From Verrucomicrobiales bacterium (lineage in GTDB: Bacteria; Verrucomicrobiota; Verrucomicrobiia; Verrucomicrobiales; SLCJ01): a stretch of 63,181 nt of DNA. The position numbers were made by a program, and so were the translations under genes. Shown here piece after piece: positions 58,584-63,181 of this stretch. A model generated the notes under the pieces. The model had not been told where the DNA came from. It searched no databases and worked only from the letters and a program-made list of their open reading frames with translations. The stretch is from the NCBI GenBank assembly GCA_046075565.1, contig JBJTQJ010000100.1, positions 1-63,181 on the forward strand. Direction: 5' to 3'. Each line of letters starts with the position of its first letter. Position 1 is the stretch's first letter.

Positions 58584-60215
58584 CTACCCTAACAACCCCA
58601 CGATCTCCCTCAATCCCTTCACGGTAAAATCCGCCTCCACCTCGATGGGCCGGTGATTGGCGAGTCGGATGGTGCGCAGTCCGGCGCGGCGGCCCATTTC
58701 GATATCCCGGTCGGCGTCGCCGATCATCCACGACGTGGCAAGGTCGAGTCCAAGCGATTCGGCGGCTTCAAACACATGAGATGGATCCGGCTTCGCTCCC
58801 GGACCATCGGAACTTGCTCCGGTATAGGCATAAATCGCATCAAAGGCCAAGCCATCGGCAGCCAGCTCTTCCTGCATCTTCCGGTGAATGGTCTCCAGAA
58901 CCTCCTGGCTCATCAACCCTTTCCCGACCCCGCGCTGACTCGTGATCAAAACCGTGGCCCGTCCGCCTGTTTTGGCGGCGCGCAGCACCTCGCGGATGCC
59001 ATCCTGAAAATGGAAGTCCTCCCAGCGCGTGACGTAATAGCTTTCACCCGGATCATTGACCACTCCGTCGCGGTCGAAGAAGACAGCCGGACGCAGGAGG
59101 CGTGGAGTGGGATCATCGTAATTCAGATCGCCGCGTATCAGAATATCGTCGCCGTATCGATGGTGCGTGACATCAGTTAGACGGATTCCGTTTTTCGGAG
59201 ATGCCATGCCCAGTCCTCCGGTGCTGGGTTTGTCGGTGCCGGTGAGCAGGGGAGCAAACCAACCCAACCATTCATCAATGAGCCGCGCATCCAACAATGA
59301 ACCAACCAACCGCCCGCCCGCCTCGACCAGCAGGCGGTGGATGTCAAACTCCCGGGTCAGTTGCTCCAAAGCCTGCAACCAATCCGGGCAAGTAATGATC
59401 TTTACCGCTGGTGGTAAAGCCGGAAGCTCATGATTCTCCCCGAGGCAAAGCACGACCGTGCGGTCCGCGAATTCATCATGAAAAACCCGGGCCTCCGCGG
59501 GCACTTTGCCCGAGCGGGTGGCAACAATCCTCCAGAGGGGAGCTTTATCCCCATTCGGATGCGGCACGCGCAAGGTCAGGGCGGGGTTGTCGCTGCGCAA
59601 CGTCTCCGCACTTGTCAGGATGCCCTCCACTTCCGCCCGCAGGGTTTGCACGGCCTCCCTGCTGGCCGGACCGGTCAGCCACTGGCTTTCTCCGGCCGGG
59701 CGGGTAACCGCGCCGTCGAGGGACATCGCCGATTTCGCCAGCACCCACGGACGACCCCGCGTCATCGCGCTGGTGAATCCTCGCAGCAATCGAAGCGCCT
59801 CCATTTCCATGAGCCCGCTTTCCACTTGGATCCCAGCGGCGGCGAGCACGGCATCGGCCCGTCCGGCGTGAAGGGGGTTCGCATCCACGGCCCCATAGAC
59901 GACCCGCGCCACCCCATGGGAAATGAGTCCTTCCGTGCAGGGAGGCGTGCGTCCGGTCGTGCAACAGGGCTCGAGGGTCACATAGACCGTTGACCCGCGG
60001 ACGGCCTCCGGGCCGAAACGGGCAACCGCCTCGGCCAGAGCTTCCCGCTCGGCGTGGGGTGCCCCGGCGCGCCGGTGCCAACCGCTCCCGAGCAAGCGGC
60101 CATCTTTCACCACCACGGTCCCCACGGGCGGGTTGGGCGCGGTCAGCCCCAGGCCTTTGGCTGCCTCGGCCAATGCCTGCTCCATCCATCCCCGATCGTT
60201 CATTTCCATGCCCAA
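58584..60215 (-). CDS. ribD: RibD (deaminase/reductase) fused to a C-terminal HAD-IIIA/GmhB-like phosphatase
   Basis: PNPPVG, HAE, TLEPC..GRTPPC, SLDG, VEAGG; then in frame FFDRDGVVN, ITSQ, KP, IGDADRD. Confidence 0.9.
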   Translation of the reverse strand: MGMEMNDRGWMEQALAEAAKGLGLTAPNPPVGTVVVKDGRLLGSGWHRRAGAPHAEREALAEAVARFGPEAVRGSTVYVTLEPCCTTGRTPPCTEGLISHGVARVVYGAVDANPLHAGRADAVLAAAGIQVESGLMEMEALRLLRGFTSAMTRGRPWVLAKSAMSLDGAVTRPAGESQWLTGPASREAVQTLRAEVEGILTSAETLRSDNPALTLRVPHPNGDKAPLWRIVATRSGKVPAEARVFHDEFADRTVVLCLGENHELPALPPAVKIITCPDWLQALEQLTREFDIHRLLVEAGGRLVGSLLDARLIDEWLGWFAPLLTGTDKPSTGGLGMASPKNGIRLTDVTHHRYGDDILIRGDLNYDDPTPRLLRPAVFFDRDGVVNDPGESYYVTRWEDFHFQDGIREVLRAAKTGGRATVLITSQRGVGKGLMSQEVLETIHRKMQEELAADGLAFDAIYAYTGASSDGPGAKPDPSHVFEAAESLGLDLATSWMIGDADRDIEMGRRAGLRTIRLANHRPIEVEADFTVKGLREIVGLLG

Positions 60216-60256
60216 CCATGCACCATCTGCGGTCCGAATGAAAAAAAATCACATTC

Positions 60257-60300
60257 TGTGCAAACGAACACTTGCCAAAGCCCGGGGATGGCGGTAAAGA
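60257..60300 (+). promoter_or_regulatory. Putative LexA (SOS) box and sigma70-type promoter of recA
   Basis: TGTGC-AAAC-GAACA (60257-60270), one mismatch to the verrucomicrobial TGTTC-N4-GAACA motif; TTGCCA-17-TAAAGA follows. Confidence 0.7.
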
Positions 60301-60427
60301 GTTCCCACGCCGGCCTGGAATTCCGGTTGTCCGCCCCCGGGCGGAGAACCAATCGCCCACCGCCCATGCGTGCCAAAATCAAACCACCAGACATCACCAC
60401 GAACCCACCCACGAAAGACCCACGACC

Positions 60428-61471
60428 ATGGCCAAAGACGACACCACCCAGGCGGACAAAGAACTCCAGCGCTTCCAACAGGAACGCCTCAAGAATCTCG
60501 AAAGCGCCATCGGCGAAATCAAAAAGGAATACGGCGAAGGCTCGATCCTCCGCATGGGCGACGGCCACCGCGTGGATGTGGACGTCATCCCCACCGGCAA
60601 CCTGCTCATCGACCGCGCCCTTGGCGTCGGTGGTTTCCCGCGCGGACGTATCGTCGAAGTGTTCGGCCCGGAATCGTCGGGGAAAACCACCCTCACCCTC
60701 ACGGCCATTGCGCAGGCCCAGAAAAAAGGCGGGCTCGCCGCCTTCATCGACGTCGAGCACGCCCTCGACCCGCAATATGCCAAACGCCTCGGCGTGAACA
60801 TGGACGACCTCCTCGTCTCCCAGCCATCCTCTGGTGAGGAAGCCCTCCGCATCTGCGAAACCCTCGTCCGCTCCAATGCCCTCGACGTCATCGTGCTCGA
60901 CTCCGTGGCTGCCCTCGTCACCCGCCAGGAGCTCGACGGCGAAATCGGCGATTCCACTGTCGGCGCCCAAGCCCGCCTCATGTCCGCCGCCATGCGGAAA
61001 CTCACCTCCATGATCGCCAAGGCCCGCACCGTCTGCATCTTCACCAACCAGATCCGGGAAAAAGTCGGCGTCATGTTTGGCAACCCGGAAACCACCCCCG
61101 GCGGCCGCGCCCTCAAGTTCTATTCCTCCGTGCGTGTCGATATCCGCCGCATCGGCCAAATCAAAACCACCGACGGCACTGTCACCGGCAACCGCACCAA
61201 GGTCAAAATCGTTAAAAACAAGGTCGCCCCGCCCTTCATGGAAGCCGAATTCGATATCATGTATAACGAAGGCATCTCCTCGACCGGTTCGCTGCTCGAC
61301 CTCGCCCTCGAGATGGACATCATCCAGAAACGCGGTTCGTGGTTCGCCTACAAAGGTTCCCAACTCGCTCAAGGCCGCGACGCCGCCAAAGACGCCCTCA
61401 AGGCCGACGCCGCCCTCTATGCGGAAATCGAGACCGAAGTCAAAGACCGCCTCGCCAAAGGGAAAGAGTGA
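60428..61471 (+). CDS. recA: Recombinase A
   Basis: [48 protein letters not shown]. Confidence 0.98.
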   Translation: MAKDDTTQADKELQRFQQERLKNLESAIGEIKKEYGEGSILRMGDGHRVDVDVIPTGNLLIDRALGVGGFPRGRIVEVFGPESSGKTTLTLTAIAQAQKKGGLAAFIDVEHALDPQYAKRLGVNMDDLLVSQPSSGEEALRICETLVRSNALDVIVLDSVAALVTRQELDGEIGDSTVGAQARLMSAAMRKLTSMIAKARTVCIFTNQIREKVGVMFGNPETTPGGRALKFYSSVRVDIRRIGQIKTTDGTVTGNRTKVKIVKNKVAPPFMEAEFDIMYNEGISSTGSLLDLALEMDIIQKRGSWFAYKGSQLAQGRDAAKDALKADAALYAEIETEVKDRLAKGKE

Positions 61472-61542
61472 GGATTCGTCCCCGCGTCTTGGCGCACACG
61501 CGCCAAGGCACAGGGAAACTTGCGGGTGAGCCTTGATAAGTG

Positions 61543-61656
61543 CGACGGTCATAGACACGCCGCTACAATGGCTAGTGCGGCCTCGGGCGGAGCGAAAAGT
61601 GTCGCGTATGGGTGGCCGCCCCTTGGTCAACTGTAGCGGCGTGTCTCTGACCGCCG
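61543..61656. repeat. Inverted pair of GTAG-type REP-like elements
   Basis: cgacggtcatagacacgccgctaca (61543-61567) and tgtagcggcgtgtctctgaccgccg (61632-61656), 23/25. Confidence 0.75.
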
Positions 61657-61969
61657 GTAACCCCTTTTCCCCTGAGCTCCACAGGCTTTCGGACTGCTGG
61701 GATTCTTCCCAGCTTTTCGGGGAGAGTTGGATCCACCCTCAAAGCGGTGGACGGACCACCGCACCCCAGCCCTTCGTAGCCCAGAAGCGAGTCTGGGGCC
61801 TCTCTCAATCGCCGCAATCAAAATCTGTTATCCGCATTTTTCTTGCCATGGAGGCGCGTGAGGACATAATGCTCTCATGAACCTCCGACGCCGGAATTCG
61901 CTCTTTCGGGCTGGCTATTTTGGTCTTTTGTCGCCGGCGACTCGGTAAACTTTTCTACCAAAAAGACAA

Positions 61970-62518
61970 ATGCCTAAGCCCAATCTACCGCTAGATCCGG
62001 AGGATTTACCTCCCGGGCCTTCCAAGGACGTATTGGCGATCCTTCCCGTCCTTGAAAAATCACTTCCAAAACCGCCGGAATTATTCCTCATCTCCAAACC
62101 ATCGGATGCGCCAAAGACCGATCCGGGAGAATCCGGGTTTGTGACAGTCGTGGAGTGGCCTTTACGACCGGGCGATTCGCGGATAGAAGCATATCATATC
62201 GGGACGGATAAGAGCCGAAAAAACTGGGTTCTTTGGCAGTTCTCCATGAACGATCTCGCGCCATTTGTTCCGAAGTATCTCGAGAAAAGGCCGATCGCAA
62301 GGCTTGCTCGAAAAAAGATCTCCATGCGGGATGCTGCAGCACTCTTGATCAAGGCCGTTTGGGAGTATGAACGAGACATGTGGGAAACACCTGCTTTCAT
62401 GATGGTTTCCGATTCGGGTTGCCTCGACTCAACCGCAACCTACGCCATCGCGGAAATGGTTTGGGGCGAACCAGAGGATGAGGAAGAGGAAGAGGATGAC
62501 GAGGAGGATGATCAATAA
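61970..62518 (+). CDS. Hypothetical protein with Pro-rich N-terminus and poly-acidic tail
   Basis: 182-aa ORF ending EDEEEEEDDEEDDQ. Confidence 0.65.
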   Translation: MPKPNLPLDPEDLPPGPSKDVLAILPVLEKSLPKPPELFLISKPSDAPKTDPGESGFVTVVEWPLRPGDSRIEAYHIGTDKSRKNWVLWQFSMNDLAPFVPKYLEKRPIARLARKKISMRDAAALLIKAVWEYERDMWETPAFMMVSDSGCLDSTATYAIAEMVWGEPEDEEEEEDDEEDDQ

Positions 62519-62631
62519 TCACAATTTCGAACAAGCGGCGCCACGAAACCGCGAGTAGCCGTTTGGTTGAGATGATTTATTGTCACTGCAACCCAAACCC
62601 CAAAACGTTCCCTCGCCCTCCATCCGCCAAC

Positions 62632-62780
62632 CGGAGGGACACGATCCCGCAGGGTCGTGTCCCTAGCCCGCGCGAACGACGGGGCATGCCTGAGAAGTTC
62701 CGGCGTCATTTGCCGAAAAGGGAGCACGGGCATCCTGCCCGTGAATGGGACAAGTTCCGGGCGAGGACGCCCGGACTCCC
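62632..62780. repeat. REP-like hairpin cluster
   Basis: CGGAGGGACACGATCCCGCAGGGTCGTGTCCC (inverse copy at 58336-58367); inverted pair GGGAGCACGGGCATCCTGCCCGTG / CCGGGCGAGGACGCCCGGACTCCC. Confidence 0.7.
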
Positions 62781-62918
62781 TTTTTGTCGAGCGATGGGCC
62801 ATGCCGCAACTCGCACCGCCATGACCGCCCATTGGGGATGGATTTTTCTCCCAATGCCCGTCGTGAACGCGCAGATTTTGTTGTAGCCGGCGAGCAAAAA
62901 GCAGAGGAGACTCAAGCC

Positions 62919-63181
62919 ATGGAATCGAAAGCCCCGGATTCGAGCGCGAAGCAGTGGATCGTCACGGCGGTGTCCTTCGGACTGCCGATGGGCATCTTGT
63001 ATTCATTGCAGAACAACAACTGGGTGATTGGCATGGCAGGGGGCCTCGTCGCAGGGGTGCTTTTCGCCGTATGCATGCGGTGGTTTATGGCGCGCCAGGC
63101 CAAGCGGTTTTCCATTGACCCGCCTGATTTTCATGGTGCGGCCATTCTCCATAAGGGACCGGCAAATCACTTCAAAGGTGC
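62919..63181 (+). CDS. Partial membrane protein running off the window, possibly GRAM/PH-like C-terminus
   Basis: GAGGAG RBS; MESKAPDSSAKQW, two TMs, then GPANHFKG; no stop before window end. Confidence 0.65.
   Translation, partial: MESKAPDSSAKQWIVTAVSFGLPMGILYSLQNNNWVIGMAGGLVAGVLFAVCMRWFMARQAKRFSIDPPDFHGAAILHKGPANHFKG

Noticed and set aside
61488-61507. Hairpin CTTGGCGC-ACAC-GCGCCAAG after recA as an intrinsic terminator
   Set aside because: No U-tract follows, so it cannot be called with confidence.

Overview
This is a mostly ~60% GC bacterial chromosomal window. Gene content and a TGTTC-N4-GAACA-like box upstream of recA point to Verrucomicrobia (inference). From left to right it holds: a ~770-bp AT-rich, phage-like islet (Zn-finger ORF plus a minimal DUF3431-like gene) abutting an IS3 element with no target-site duplication; secreted esterases, a DUF6288-like protein and a sulfatase; housekeeping genes (tilS, ABC exporter, amidase, cysteine desulfurase, ispE, acyP); a 9-gene MoxR/DUF58/vWA/ABC operon; then uup, MATE, rpmF/yceD/coaD, aat, two toxin-antitoxin-type loci, photolyase, lpxI, hrpA, PNP, BLUF, ribD and recA. 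The best candidates for new biology are (1) RibD fused to a divergent GmhB-like HAD phosphatase, which may supply the dephosphorylation step of riboflavin synthesis, and (2) a stand-alone tandem AP2-like DNA-binding protein heading a GGCT-photolyase operon behind a palindromic site. Several intergenic regions are mosaics of REP-like hairpins and hexa/heptamer repeats. No rRNA, tRNA or CRISPR array was seen. All family calls are from motif recognition by eye, not database searches, and several start codons were moved from the ORF track.
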